The translations under genes and the position numbers were made by a program. From the NCBI GenBank assembly GCA_965219685.1, contig CBDCOH010000002.1:2112001-2176000 (forward strand): 64,000 bases of DNA. Direction: 5' to 3'. This DNA comes from Candidatus Spongiisociaceae bacterium (lineage in GTDB: Bacteria > Actinomycetota > Acidimicrobiia > Spongiisociales > Spongiisociaceae). The notes under the pieces were generated by a model. That model saw nothing but the letters and a program-made list of their open reading frames with translations, searched no databases and was not told the DNA's origin. The first letter of the stretch is position 1. Every line of letters begins with the position of its first letter. Positions 46,626 through 56,908 of the stretch are shown here, piece by piece.

Positions 46626-47785
46626 GTCGCCTTCCCCTGTGGCGCCACGCCTGATCCGGATCGATCGACCACCCGAACCCGGTAGAGCGCGAAGAACTGT
46701 CCCGCCGCCGCGGCGAGGAGGAGCATGCCGTGAAATGCGACCACGACGGAGTTGGGGATTCCGAGCGTCTGCAGGGCTTGGCCGGAGTTCGTGATCGCCG
46801 CCACCACGATGCCCACCGGTATAACCGCGGCCATGTTGAGACGGGCGAGCGCCGCGACGACGATACCGGTGTAGCCCAGGCCTATCGACAGTGCTCCTGG
46901 CTCCAGCGCACGGAGGACCCCTGACACCTCGATCCCGCCTGCCAGACCGGCGAGCCCGCCTGAGAGCAGCAGCACCGCGATAGTCTTGCGGGTCACGTTC
47001 ATCCCCGCATAGCGTGCTGCTTTCGGGGTGTCCCCTATCGCTCTCACCTCGAAGCCCCAGGGGCTATGCCTGATCGCTGACCAGAGACTCAAGGCCAGGA
47101 TGACCGCGATCAGAAAACCGATGTGCAGTCCCCGGCGACCCGTACCCCACAGCAGCGGTAGTTCGGCCACTTCGGGAATGGGTTCCCCGGTGGGGAAGTT
47201 CGGCCGGTCGAGATCCCGCCAGGGGCTGGTACTACCCAGAACGAGGTAGTTCATGACGAAGAGGGCCATGAAGTTCAACATCAGTGTGGATGTCACCTCG
47301 TCGGTTCCGAAGTAGGCGCGCGGAACAGCGGCGATCAACGCCAGAAGACCACCACCGAGCACTCCGGCGGCGAGCACGACCGGGACCGCAATCCAGGTAG
47401 GCCGGCCTTCCAAGAACAGGACACCGATTCCCGACGCAAAGATGGCTCCCAGATACAGCTGTCCCTCGGCGCCGATGTTCCATAGGACCATCTTGAATGC
47501 GAGCGCGGCCGCGAGGCCGGTGAGGATGAGCGGCGTCGCCAGGATCAGCGTCCGCCGCACGGCCAACTCGGAGCGAAAACCTCCGGTGATCATCAGTCTC
47601 AGCGAAGGTATGGGCTCGAAGCCCGTAACGAGAAGCAACACCGCGCCGGCCACCAAGGCCCCGGCCAGGACTCCGAGTAGGAGGGCCAGCTTGAATCGAG
47701 CCGACTGGCGTGGCCGGGGTTCGATCCGTAACGACCGCGCGAACGCGATCAGGCCTGCGGGAGACCGGAAGGAGAGGTCGCTCAT
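46622..47785 (-). CDS. Nucleoside/purine ABC permease 1
   Basis: WNIGAEGQ, DEVTSTLMLN, GYTGIVVAALARL. Confidence 0.9.
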   Translation of the reverse strand: MSDLSFRSPAGLIAFARSLRIEPRPRQSARFKLALLLGVLAGALVAGAVLLLVTGFEPIPSLRLMITGGFRSELAVRRTLILATPLILTGLAAALAFKMVLWNIGAEGQLYLGAIFASGIGVLFLEGRPTWIAVPVVLAAGVLGGGLLALIAAVPRAYFGTDEVTSTLMLNFMALFVMNYLVLGSTSPWRDLDRPNFPTGEPIPEVAELPLLWGTGRRGLHIGFLIAVILALSLWSAIRHSPWGFEVRAIGDTPKAARYAGMNVTRKTIAVLLLSGGLAGLAGGIEVSGVLRALEPGALSIGLGYTGIVVAALARLNMAAVIPVGIVVAAITNSGQALQTLGIPNSVVVAFHGMLLLAAAAGQFFALYRVRVVDRSGSGVAPQGKAT

Positions 47786-47803
47786 CGACCCGGGCCCGTT
47801 GCC

Positions 47804-48991
47804 CTACGTCGGAATGCTCGCTCCCTCGAGGAATGACACCAGCCAGTCGCAGCAGCCCTGGACCTCCACCAGACCCAGGGACTCTCCGTCTGCAACCCTT
47901 TCGACACCCTCGTTGTCCGCTATCGGTCCTCGGAAGACCTCGAAGGTGCCGCTGACCAGCTCCTCCTTCTTCTGTTCGATCGCCTCGAGGACGGCCGAAG
48001 TAACGGCAGGGCCGTAGTTGGCTTCGACAAGCATGCCTTCGGCAATCCCTCCGTAATAGAGCTCCGGCTCCCAGACGCCCGCGATCATGTCCTCCACGGC
48101 CTTCTTGTAATAGGCATCCCACCGGATACGGAAGCCGCCCATCCAGGACTCGGGATTGACGTCCGAGAGATCCTGGTCGTAGCTCGAGAACAACAGACCC
48201 TCACGGTCGGCGAAGGACGGTACCCCCGGCGAACTCATGTCGCTGACGATCACATCCGCGCCAGCCTCGAAGAGCGTACGCGCTGCCTCACGTTCGAGGT
48301 CCGGGTCGTACCACGAGTTGACCCACAACACCTCCATCCGTGCCTCCGGGTTCACAGCTTCCACTCCCAGAGCTACGGCATTGAGCGTCCGCACCTCGAT
48401 CGGCACCGGGAACCCCGAGATGAAGCCGATGACATTCGTTTCGGTCAGCATCCCCGCCATCATCCCGTGGAGGTACCGGATCTCTTCGATCGCGGTGAAG
48501 TACTGGGCGAGGTTGTCCGCGAGCAACGTCCCGCCGACGGTCGCGAACTTCGAGTCGGGGTAGTCCTCGTTGATGGTCAGAATGTCCTCGGTGTGGCTCG
48601 AGCCCGTGGCCAGGATCAACTGGTGGCCCTGCGAGGCCAACTCCTCCAGAGCGAGCTGGGCACGCTGACCGGGGTTGGCTCCCTCGATCCTGGTCACTTC
48701 GATTCCGGGATAGGCCTCCTTCACACGGTCGACTGCGGCGCTGTGCGACTCGTTCCAGCCCCCGTCAAGGAGCGGTCCGTCGAAGATGACGCCGACCTTC
48801 AAACCCGAGCCGTCGGCACCGATGCCGCTACCCGCGGCTTCCGTCGTGGTGGCTGCGGTGGTCGTCGGGGCCTGAGTGGTCGCCGGAGCCTGGGTGGCCG
48901 CCGTCGTCTCGGCGACCTCGTCGCCGCCACAAGCTCCCGCCAACAGGGCGAAAGCCAATGCGAGAACTAGTGGTAGTCGTTTACCGGCCAT
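47804..48991 (-). CDS. BMP-family (purine/nucleoside) substrate-binding lipoprotein
   Basis: AGAC lipobox, ATTQAP linker, DGGWNESH, GF..GFPVP, WVNSWYDP, GADVI. Confidence 0.9.
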   Translation of the reverse strand: MAGKRLPLVLALAFALLAGACGGDEVAETTAATQAPATTQAPTTTAATTTEAAGSGIGADGSGLKVGVIFDGPLLDGGWNESHSAAVDRVKEAYPGIEVTRIEGANPGQRAQLALEELASQGHQLILATGSSHTEDILTINEDYPDSKFATVGGTLLADNLAQYFTAIEEIRYLHGMMAGMLTETNVIGFISGFPVPIEVRTLNAVALGVEAVNPEARMEVLWVNSWYDPDLEREAARTLFEAGADVIVSDMSSPGVPSFADREGLLFSSYDQDLSDVNPESWMGGFRIRWDAYYKKAVEDMIAGVWEPELYYGGIAEGMLVEANYGPAVTSAVLEAIEQKKEELVSGTFEVFRGPIADNEGVERVADGESLGLVEVQGCCDWLVSFLEGASIPT

Positions 48992-49289
48992 CCTGACCCT
49001 CCTAGGTTTGGCGTGACACGTTGGAAACTGGATAGTGCGTCCCAGGGCTTGTGTCAAGCGAATGCAGAAAAACCGCTGGTCCGCCGGATGCGGTCTAACG
49101 CATGATGCGCCTCTAGGAGGAGAACCCCGGATCGGACATCGGGCGACGTAACCCCATAGCGCCGATCGGGCAACCATGTAATAATTGCCGCGATTTGCCT
49201 GGCCTGAAAGACGTGGACCCGGAGCGGCGCGGCTCCAAACCGTCGGCGTTCGGAAGAACCGGAACCGCACGCGGCGCCACGACATCCGG

Positions 49290-50885
49290 ATGGACTTGAG
49301 TAGGGATTCGCAGGACCCTGGCGGACCCGCAACGGGGGGCTCATCGGGAGCCGAGTCCGCAGACCTGCAACCGCGCGCAGGGTTCGCCGCCGAGCTCCAT
49401 TCGATCGAGAAGTCCTTCTTCGGCGTGGCGGCCAATGACAACATCGACTTCGACGTCAGGTGGGGCGAGGTCCATGCTCTGCTCGGCGAGAACGGTGCGG
49501 GCAAGTCGACCCTGTGCTCGGTCCTCGCCGGGCTCTATCGACCTGACGCCGGCCAGATCGTCATCGACGGAACGCCGGTCCAGTTCCGGTCCCCCCACGA
49601 TGCCCTCGCCGCAGGAGTCGGGATGGTCTACCAGCACTTTCGCCTGGTCGACACGTTCACGGTCGCGGAGAACCTCGCCCTCGGCCACGAAACTGAGGGC
49701 CGGCTCTCCCGCCGCAAGATCGAGGCCGACGTAGCGGCTCTCAGCGAGGCTTACCAACTACCGGTCTCCCCCAAGGCCCAGATATGGCAATTGTCCGTGG
49801 GTGAACAGCAACGCGTCGAGATCCTGAAGCTGCTCCATATCGGCGTGCGCGTCCTTATTCTGGACGAGCCGACCGCGGTCCTGACGCCGCAGGAGTCGCA
49901 GTCGTTGTTCCGAACGGTCCGCCTGATGGCCGAGCAGGGCAAGGCCGTCATCTTCGTGTCTCACAAGCTCGACGAGGTTCTAGCCGTTTCGGATCGAGTT
50001 ACCGTGCTGCGAGCCACGAAGAAGGTCGCAGAGCTTCCCACGGCCACCACCGATGCGGGCACCCTGGCCCGATTGATGGTCGGGCGTGACGTCGAGCTAC
50101 CCGAGCGAAGGGCCGGGGAGACAACCGGAAAGCCGGTCTTGGCGGTCCGCGGACTGGCGGTACCGGGTGATCGCGGTTTCGAAGCCGTCCGAGGCGTCGA
50201 TCTGGACGTACGGGGCGGGGAGATCGTCGGGATCGCCGGCGTGGCCGGAAACGGTCAGCGTGAACTGGCCGAAGCGCTTGCCGGGCTACGGAAGGCCGAG
50301 CGCGGGAGGGTGACTCTCGACGGAACCGAGATAACCGGGGCCTCGCCCCTGGATCGGATCCGGATGGGCCTGGGATTCATACCCGAAGACCGGTTGGGTA
50401 TGGGTCTGGTGAGCGGACTCCCTCTGGAGGACAACCTCATTCTGAAGTCCTACAGGTGGCCCCCGCACCGGCGGGGCCCGATTCTGTCATCCCGCGCGAT
50501 CAAGCGAAGCGCTCGGCGCCTGATCGAACGATTCGACATCCGCGGGACCCTCACGGAGTTCCCGGTCCGGTTTCTCTCCGGCGGGAACCTGCAGCGAGCG
50601 ATCCTCGCCAGGGAGATCTCGCAACGTCCCAAGGTATTGATCGCGAGTTCACCGACCAGAGGACTGGACATAGCCGCCATCGGGGCCGTTCGCGAGGTCT
50701 TGCTGGAGGAGCGCGCCAGCGGAACTGCCATCCTCCTGCTGTCCGAAGACCTGGATGAACTACGTTCGATGGCGGATGTCATCCTCGTGATGTTCGAGGG
50801 TCGGATCGTGGGAGAGGTCTCGCCGGATCGATTCGACCGGGAGCAGATCGGGCTGATGATGGCAGGGCGCGCCGACGCGCGCTAG
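49290..50885 (+). CDS. Nucleoside/purine ABC ATP-binding protein, divergent from its permeases
   Basis: GENGAGKST, MVYQHF, LSVGEQQR, LSGGNLQR, SPTRGLD. Start uncertain. Confidence 0.92.
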   Translation: MDLSRDSQDPGGPATGGSSGAESADLQPRAGFAAELHSIEKSFFGVAANDNIDFDVRWGEVHALLGENGAGKSTLCSVLAGLYRPDAGQIVIDGTPVQFRSPHDALAAGVGMVYQHFRLVDTFTVAENLALGHETEGRLSRRKIEADVAALSEAYQLPVSPKAQIWQLSVGEQQRVEILKLLHIGVRVLILDEPTAVLTPQESQSLFRTVRLMAEQGKAVIFVSHKLDEVLAVSDRVTVLRATKKVAELPTATTDAGTLARLMVGRDVELPERRAGETTGKPVLAVRGLAVPGDRGFEAVRGVDLDVRGGEIVGIAGVAGNGQRELAEALAGLRKAERGRVTLDGTEITGASPLDRIRMGLGFIPEDRLGMGLVSGLPLEDNLILKSYRWPPHRRGPILSSRAIKRSARRLIERFDIRGTLTEFPVRFLSGGNLQRAILAREISQRPKVLIASSPTRGLDIAAIGAVREVLLEERASGTAILLLSEDLDELRSMADVILVMFEGRIVGEVSPDRFDREQIGLMMAGRADAR

Positions 50886-50983
50886 GTGTGACAGGTCCGG
50901 TGCCTTGCGCGTTCTCCCCGCAAGAGTGCATCATGGACGATCACTCCACCTGAACGAGTTGGTCATACCGAAAGAAGGACGAG

Positions 50984-51739
50984 ATGGGTGCTTTCGATAG
51001 CAAGGTCGTGGTGGTCACCGGCACCGCCATGGGCATCGGCCAGGCATACGCGCTGGGCTTCGCGAGGGAGGGTGCCCATGTGGTCGCCGCGGACATAGCC
51101 GATAACAGCGAAACGGTCGGGCTCATCGAAGCGGAAGGAGGCAGCGTCCTGCCCGTCCACGTCGACGTGACCGACCTCGAGTCGACTGCCGCCATGGCCA
51201 AGACCGCCGGCGATGCCTTCGGCAGGATCGATGTCCTTGTCAACAACGCCGCCTACTACCGGACCCAGCAACTGCTCCCGTTCGACGAGATGTCCGTCGA
51301 GGAGTGGGACAAGGCCTTTGATGTCAACACCAAGGGCTCCTGGTTGTGTGCTCGAGCAGTCTTCCCGTACATGAAGCGGCAGAACTCCGGGAAGGTGATC
51401 AACATCTCGTCGATGACCGCCTTCAAGAAGTACGTGCTTCCCGAGGGTCAGGGGTTCCTGCACTACGTCGCTTCGAAGGCTGCGGTAGTCGGGCTGACCC
51501 GAGGGCTCGCCATCGAGATGGGCCCGCACAACATCTGCGTGAACACCGTGGTGCCCGAGTACATCCCGACCGGCATCTGGGACGACGATGTCGACCGCTA
51601 CGTCATCGAAGAGCGGATCTTCAAGCGCACCCAGACTCCCGAGGATATGGTCGGCGTCGTTCTCTTCCTGGCCGGATCCGGGTCGGACATGGTAACCGGC
51701 CAGACGATCATGGTGAACGGAGGCACGCACCTCCACTGA
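50984..51739 (+). CDS. Short-chain dehydrogenase/reductase
   Basis: TGTAMGIG, NNAA, NISS, YVASK, TGQTIMVNGG. Confidence 0.93.
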   Translation: MGAFDSKVVVVTGTAMGIGQAYALGFAREGAHVVAADIADNSETVGLIEAEGGSVLPVHVDVTDLESTAAMAKTAGDAFGRIDVLVNNAAYYRTQQLLPFDEMSVEEWDKAFDVNTKGSWLCARAVFPYMKRQNSGKVINISSMTAFKKYVLPEGQGFLHYVASKAAVVGLTRGLAIEMGPHNICVNTVVPEYIPTGIWDDDVDRYVIEERIFKRTQTPEDMVGVVLFLAGSGSDMVTGQTIMVNGGTHLH

Positions 51740-51745
51740 ACTGAT

Positions 51746-51787
51746 TAGTTCGTAGTCGGTGGTTAATAGTTCGTAGCCGGTGGTACC
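51746..51787 (+). repeat. Heptamer tract with 21-bp higher-order duplication
   Basis: TAGTTCG TAGTCGG TGGTTAA / TAGTTCG TAGCCGG TGGTACC between convergent stops. Confidence 0.75.
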
Positions 51788-51795
51788 GGCTTTTG

Positions 51796-52854
51796 TCAGG
51801 GTGCCAGCGCGCTCGCGCCCAGTCCTCGCTCGGCTAGGAGTTTGCGAAGGGCTATCGCCGGAGCGTCTACTCCCTTTATGTGGAGTTCGGCCGTGATGTC
51901 GAGCGGCAATTCCTCCGGTCGCTGTGCCTCGACGATCGGCTGATCCTGCATCGCGACCGTGTGCTGGGTGGACCGGTACTTCTCGTCCGACTCGGGGTCC
52001 AGGTCGTAGTTGCGGGTTATCCACGTGTACCGCCTAGTCCTGGTCTGGCCCATGGGCTGGAGAACGATGTCAAACCGGTAGTGGGCATCCGAAGTCTCCC
52101 CCTCGTCCGGTTGCTCCTCGTCGCCATGGAACACCTTCTCCGTGGGTCTGAACCCCGCCTCGGTGATCATGAACCAGAAGGGCAGCGTGAATCGGTAGAA
52201 GATACCCTCCCGCACCCAACCACCCTCGGCCGTCTCATCGCGAATGTCGGTCTCGACCACGTAGCTGAAGCCTTCGTCGTCGTGCGTCACCGGACCGGTG
52301 TACACCATCGGCCGCTCCGGATCACCGAGCAAGCCGGTGTGGACCCAGGCGAAGTGGCCGGCGTCGAGGAAGTTCTCCATCATCCGGCCGGCGCTCGCCT
52401 GCCATTCGAACGGAGGCAGGAAAATGGTCCGGCATGCCGGGTCGTCCCACTCCGGCATCGGGCCGGGCCCGTTGACCGGGTTTCCCAACGTGGCCCAGAT
52501 GACACCGAATCGTTCGATCGTGGGATAGGTGGGAACTCTCGCCTTGGAAGGGATAGGAGCTGACGGATCCCGCTGTGGGATCCGGACACACGCTCCCGAA
52601 CGATCGTACTGCCAGCCGTGGTAACCGCAGGTGAGTCTCGGCCCTTCGACCCACCCCATCGACAACGGGCTCCCGCGATGGATGCACAGATCCTTGTAGA
52701 CCACCGGCTCGCCCTCGAGCCTGACAACCGCAAGCCTCTCTCCATGCAGGCTGGTTCCCAAGGGCTTGTCGGTCACTTCCGACGACATCGCCACCGGATA
52801 CCAGTAGTCACGCGGGGCCGGGTGGACACCTGGATGCGGTTTCGTCTCGTTCAT
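51796..52854 (-). CDS. Rieske oxygenase alpha subunit, NdmA/B/C- or VanA-like (no. 3)
   Basis: CIH...CGYH, ENFLDAGHFAWVH, MQDQ, EAQRPEELPLDITAELHI. Confidence 0.9.
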   Translation of the reverse strand: MNETKPHPGVHPAPRDYWYPVAMSSEVTDKPLGTSLHGERLAVVRLEGEPVVYKDLCIHRGSPLSMGWVEGPRLTCGYHGWQYDRSGACVRIPQRDPSAPIPSKARVPTYPTIERFGVIWATLGNPVNGPGPMPEWDDPACRTIFLPPFEWQASAGRMMENFLDAGHFAWVHTGLLGDPERPMVYTGPVTHDDEGFSYVVETDIRDETAEGGWVREGIFYRFTLPFWFMITEAGFRPTEKVFHGDEEQPDEGETSDAHYRFDIVLQPMGQTRTRRYTWITRNYDLDPESDEKYRSTQHTVAMQDQPIVEAQRPEELPLDITAELHIKGVDAPAIALRKLLAERGLGASALAP

Positions 52855-52933
52855 GGTCGCACAGCCTCCTATGTCACCTGCCGGTCCCGGAACCACCTCG
52901 GGATCCAACCGCGGGCTCTCTCGTTCGACCTGG

Positions 52934-55330
52934 TCAACTATGCCCCACCGAGTCGGCCCGGCCGGCACGCTGGATGAGACGGAGGACCAGCGGTGGCGAG
53001 ATCGGAGTACGGGTGATCTCCTCGATGTCGAATTCCGCCAGAGCGTCCTCAACCGCCGCAGCGATGGCCGGGGCCGGTCCGACGATCCCCGCCTCGCCCA
53101 CTCCCTTCGCCCCCCACGGGAGGAGGAGCGAGGGTGTCTCGATGTGCTCGATGTGGATGGGGGGCACCTCGGCTGCCGAGGGAAGGTGGTAGTCGAGGAA
53201 CGACGTCGACTGCGGGTTGCCGTATTCGTCGTAGTGGAACTCCTCGAGAATCGCCCCGCCTATGCCCTGGGCAATCCCGCCCGCGATCTGTCCCTCGACG
53301 ATCAGGGGATTGATCAGAGTGCCGCAGTCATGGACGATCAGATAGTCGAGTAGCTCGACATGCCCGGTCGTGATGTCGACCTTCACGACCGCCGCCTGAC
53401 TGGCGTTCGTATACGCCGCGCAGGCGTTCATCTTCCCGTCAGCATTGGGGACGTGGTCCAGTCCGGGCGGGTCGTAGAATGCCGTGGCCTCAAGGCCGGG
53501 ATCGACCTCGTCGGGTAGATTCATCACGAGGATGTTGGCGGTGGTCGCCACTTCCTTCCACGAAACCCGGGAGTCGGGGCTGCCTCTGACACCGAACCCG
53601 CCGTCCTGGATCTCGAGGTCGTCTGGGGAGGCTTCGAGCAGATGGGCGGCTATCAGGCGTCCCTTCCCGAGGATCTCCTCCACCGCCTTCTCGAGCGCCC
53701 CGGACGCTACGTTGGTACTGCGGCTCCCCCACGCGCCCAGGCTGTAGGGGGTGCGATCGGTGTCACCCATCACCACCCGGACGTCGGTGGCAGGAACGCC
53801 GAGGGACTCGGCGGTCAGCGTCGTCAGCATGGAGACCAGGCCTTGGCCCATGGCTTGGACACCTACCAGGACGACCACCGATCCGTCCGGGTTCATCCGG
53901 ACGGAGGCTGCGTCCTGCGAGGCCCAGTGTCCGGTCGTGCCGAAATAGGTGGGTGTGCCCCCCTCGACGTAGTTGGTCGCCGCAGTTCCGACCCGGACCG
54001 TCGGAACTCCCTCATACTCCTTGCGCCAACGCGCCACACTCGAGTCTGCCATCTCGACGAGGCGCTCGAACGCCAGCCGGTGGCTTCCCGAGTCGTATTC
54101 GGATCCCACGGCATTGGTGTAGGGCAGGTCGGACCGCTCGAGGAGATTGCGGCGACGGACTTCGAGACGGTCCAGGCCGAGCTTGTTCGCCGCCTTGTCC
54201 ATGAGACGCTCCATGGCGAATGCCGCCTCGGGAGCGCCGAACCCCCGGTACGCACCGCTGGGTGTCTTGTTGGTGACCACCGACGTGACGCCCACCGCCG
54301 CCAGCGGGATCTTGTACGGGCCGGTGAGCCCGCCCGCGGTGACATGTGCAGGCGCGAACCCGGCGGGTATCGCCTCACCGCTTCCGGCGTCCTGGTACAC
54401 CATTCCCCTGAGGGCCAGGAACCGCCCGCGACTGTCAACCGCGGCCTCCAAATCCACGTATGTCTCTCGAGCATGCACGCTCGAGACCATGTGCTCCCTT
54501 CGATCCTCGATCCAACGCACCGGTCGGCCGAGCCTCATGGCGACCCACGGGATCAACACTTCCTCGGGATAGAACTGGGCCTTGACACCGAAGCCCCCGC
54601 CGATGTCAGGGACCATCACCCGGATCGCGTCCTCGGACAGACCTAGCGTGTAGGACAGCAGGGTGCGGGCGATGTGGGGAAACTGGGTGGAACTCCACAC
54701 CGTCAAGCGCCCGTCCCGGAACTCGGCCAGCACGCCCCGGGTCTCCATGGGCACACCGCCATGACGTTGGAAGCCGTACCGACCGGAAACGACCTGGTGG
54801 GCTGCGAAGGCCTCGTCGACTGCATCGGACTGCGGTGCATATACGGTCAACCGGTTGTCGGCCCACTCCGGGTAGAGGAGCGCCGCCTCCGGGGCCAGCG
54901 CCTCCTCGACGGATGTCACTACCGGCAGGGGATCGACGTCGGGCATGACCGCGTCCCGGCCATCCTCGGCCTGGTAACGGTTTCCGGCCACCACCACTGC
55001 CAGCGGAGTCCCGACGAAACGAACACGTCCCCGGCCCAGCGGGAGGAGCTTCACCGGGTTGACGAACTCCTCGGGGTGAAAGTCGGGGAACGGGCTGACC
55101 TCGGTGAGATCGTCAGCCGTGAAGACACCGATTACCCCTTCGACGGCCAGTGCCTCGTCAACCTCTATCTCCTCCACGATCCCGTGGGCGACGGGACTGC
55201 GGACGATGGCAGCCTCCACCATGCCCGGCATCTTGATGTCGGCAACGTAAGCCGCTTGCCCGGCCAGGAGGCGGTCGTCCTCGAGTCGAGGAACGATTGC
55301 GCCGATCAGGGACGGTCGCAACACGGTCAT
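52934..55330 (-). CDS. Molybdenum hydroxylase large subunit (AYRGFGA loop)
   Basis: RSPVAHG, GGGFGVK, AYRGFGAPEA, WGSRS, KGVGEAG. Confidence 0.92.
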   Translation of the reverse strand: MTVLRPSLIGAIVPRLEDDRLLAGQAAYVADIKMPGMVEAAIVRSPVAHGIVEEIEVDEALAVEGVIGVFTADDLTEVSPFPDFHPEEFVNPVKLLPLGRGRVRFVGTPLAVVVAGNRYQAEDGRDAVMPDVDPLPVVTSVEEALAPEAALLYPEWADNRLTVYAPQSDAVDEAFAAHQVVSGRYGFQRHGGVPMETRGVLAEFRDGRLTVWSSTQFPHIARTLLSYTLGLSEDAIRVMVPDIGGGFGVKAQFYPEEVLIPWVAMRLGRPVRWIEDRREHMVSSVHARETYVDLEAAVDSRGRFLALRGMVYQDAGSGEAIPAGFAPAHVTAGGLTGPYKIPLAAVGVTSVVTNKTPSGAYRGFGAPEAAFAMERLMDKAANKLGLDRLEVRRRNLLERSDLPYTNAVGSEYDSGSHRLAFERLVEMADSSVARWRKEYEGVPTVRVGTAATNYVEGGTPTYFGTTGHWASQDAASVRMNPDGSVVVLVGVQAMGQGLVSMLTTLTAESLGVPATDVRVVMGDTDRTPYSLGAWGSRSTNVASGALEKAVEEILGKGRLIAAHLLEASPDDLEIQDGGFGVRGSPDSRVSWKEVATTANILVMNLPDEVDPGLEATAFYDPPGLDHVPNADGKMNACAAYTNASQAAVVKVDITTGHVELLDYLIVHDCGTLINPLIVEGQIAGGIAQGIGGAILEEFHYDEYGNPQSTSFLDYHLPSAAEVPPIHIEHIETPSLLLPWGAKGVGEAGIVGPAPAIAAAVEDALAEFDIEEITRTPISPPLVLRLIQRAGRADSVGHS

Positions 55331-55815
55331 CAGATTCTGCCCCAGGCTTCTTTGACAGCGTCGACGACTCCCACGTAGCCGGTACAACGACAGATGTTGC
55401 CGCTCAGCAGCTCGCGAATGCTCTCCTCGTCCGGGTAGTCGGATGGTTCGACGCCCGAAAGGGTCATCAAGAATCCGGGAGTGCAGAAACCACATTGCAG
55501 CCCATGCTGGTTCTTGAAGGCCTCCTGCAGGCGGTTCAGGCCCGCATCGTCGGAGATCCCCTCGACGGTGAGGATCTCCATCCCGTCGACCTGTGCTGCC
55601 AGCATGATGCAGGACCTGACGGGATCTCCGTCCACCAGCACCGTGCAAGCTCCACACACGCCATGCTCACAACCCAGGTGGGTGCCCGTAAGATCAAGCT
55701 GGTCGCGCAGGAAGTCGGCCAGGAGCAGGCGGCTGTCGACCGTGGCCTCGGTGAGTCTCCCGTTGATCGTCACGCTTACCAGCAGTTTGGACGCAGGTTG
55801 CCTTACCGGCCTCAT
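55330..55815 (-). CDS. Molybdenum hydroxylase 2x[2Fe-2S] small subunit
   Basis: GCEHGVCGAC...RSC; QCGFCTPG...GNICRCTGY. Confidence 0.95.
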   Translation of the reverse strand: MRPVRQPASKLLVSVTINGRLTEATVDSRLLLADFLRDQLDLTGTHLGCEHGVCGACTVLVDGDPVRSCIMLAAQVDGMEILTVEGISDDAGLNRLQEAFKNQHGLQCGFCTPGFLMTLSGVEPSDYPDEESIRELLSGNICRCTGYVGVVDAVKEAWGRI

Positions 55816-56666
55816 CGGATCATCTCCACAAGAACACGATACGTGTATTCGCCCACCACCGCCGCACGATACGCTCCGTCCGCGTGCACATCACCGAAGG
55901 AAGGGTCAATCGCGGAGCCGGCAAGTCTCATCGCTTCCGTGAGGAGGTCGGGAGCCGGTTCGCGTCCGCGCACCGCATCCTCCGCTTCCGTCAACCGCTG
56001 AGGCACAGCATCGACTCCGAAGGCGACAATATCCAAGTCGGCGACCCTCCCACCCGACAGGGTGAGCTGGCCGCATACACCCGCCAGTGCAAAGTCTCCC
56101 TTCCGCAGGGAGAGCTCGAGGATGTGAGACCTTGCCGAGGGATTGATCGGGATCCTGATATCACACAGCATCTCGCTATCTCCGAGAACGGTCGTAAAGG
56201 GACCGACAAAGAACTCTTCGGCCGGGATCGAGCGCTCGCCTCCGGCGGATCGGACAACCATTGTCGCCCCCAAGCAGATCATCACGGCGGGCAACTCCGC
56301 AGCCGGGTCGGCATGGGCGAGCGAGCCCCCCACGGTCCCCCTGATCCGGTTCTGAAGATGGCCGATGTGAGAGATGGATTCTGAGAGCAACGGCGAGGCC
56401 GCCGCCACATCGGTAGACAGCTCCGCCACACGTTGCGGAACGCCCGCCCCTATCGAGAGCATGCCGCCCTCGACTCTGATGGCCCTGATCTCTTCAACCA
56501 GTGCGACATCGACCAGAACGGCGGGCCGGGCAAGGCGGAAGTTGAGAAGCGGTATCAGGCTCTGGCCACCTGCAAGGATCTTGGCGTCCGCTCCGTACTC
56601 GTCGAGAATCGACAACGCCTCCTCAAGGGTCTGCGGCCGGGCGTAGAGAAACTGCGGCGGCTTCAT
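55812..56666 (-). CDS. Molybdenum hydroxylase FAD-binding medium subunit
   Basis: MKPPQF.Y, LAGGQSLIP.LNFRLARP, RGTVGGSLAHADPAAELP. Confidence 0.93.
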   Translation of the reverse strand: MKPPQFLYARPQTLEEALSILDEYGADAKILAGGQSLIPLLNFRLARPAVLVDVALVEEIRAIRVEGGMLSIGAGVPQRVAELSTDVAAASPLLSESISHIGHLQNRIRGTVGGSLAHADPAAELPAVMICLGATMVVRSAGGERSIPAEEFFVGPFTTVLGDSEMLCDIRIPINPSARSHILELSLRKGDFALAGVCGQLTLSGGRVADLDIVAFGVDAVPQRLTEAEDAVRGREPAPDLLTEAMRLAGSAIDPSFGDVHADGAYRAAVVGEYTYRVLVEMIR

Positions 56667-56816
56667 ATCCCGGGCACGGCAGCCGAGCCGAGCACTCGTT
56701 GGAGCGACGTCCTACCCATGCCGCCCTATCCAAGCAGCCATGAGCCGGAGCAGTCGACATATGCTCCGATCCGGTCCGGCTGGAATGTCCCGCTCATACC
56801 AGGCGCTCTCCTGGGT

Positions 56817-56834
56817 TTGACTGGCGCGCGTCAA
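56817..56834. promoter_or_regulatory. Possible operator palindrome upstream of the second M-S-L operon
   Basis: TTGAC-N8-GTCAA in the 56667-56908 intergenic gap. Confidence 0.3.
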
Positions 56835-56908
56835 CACTACTTCGGTCGCGGCTGCAGCCCTTTGACAGACAGACCAATAATCGTCTCTGGACCGATCGGA
56901 CCACTCCG

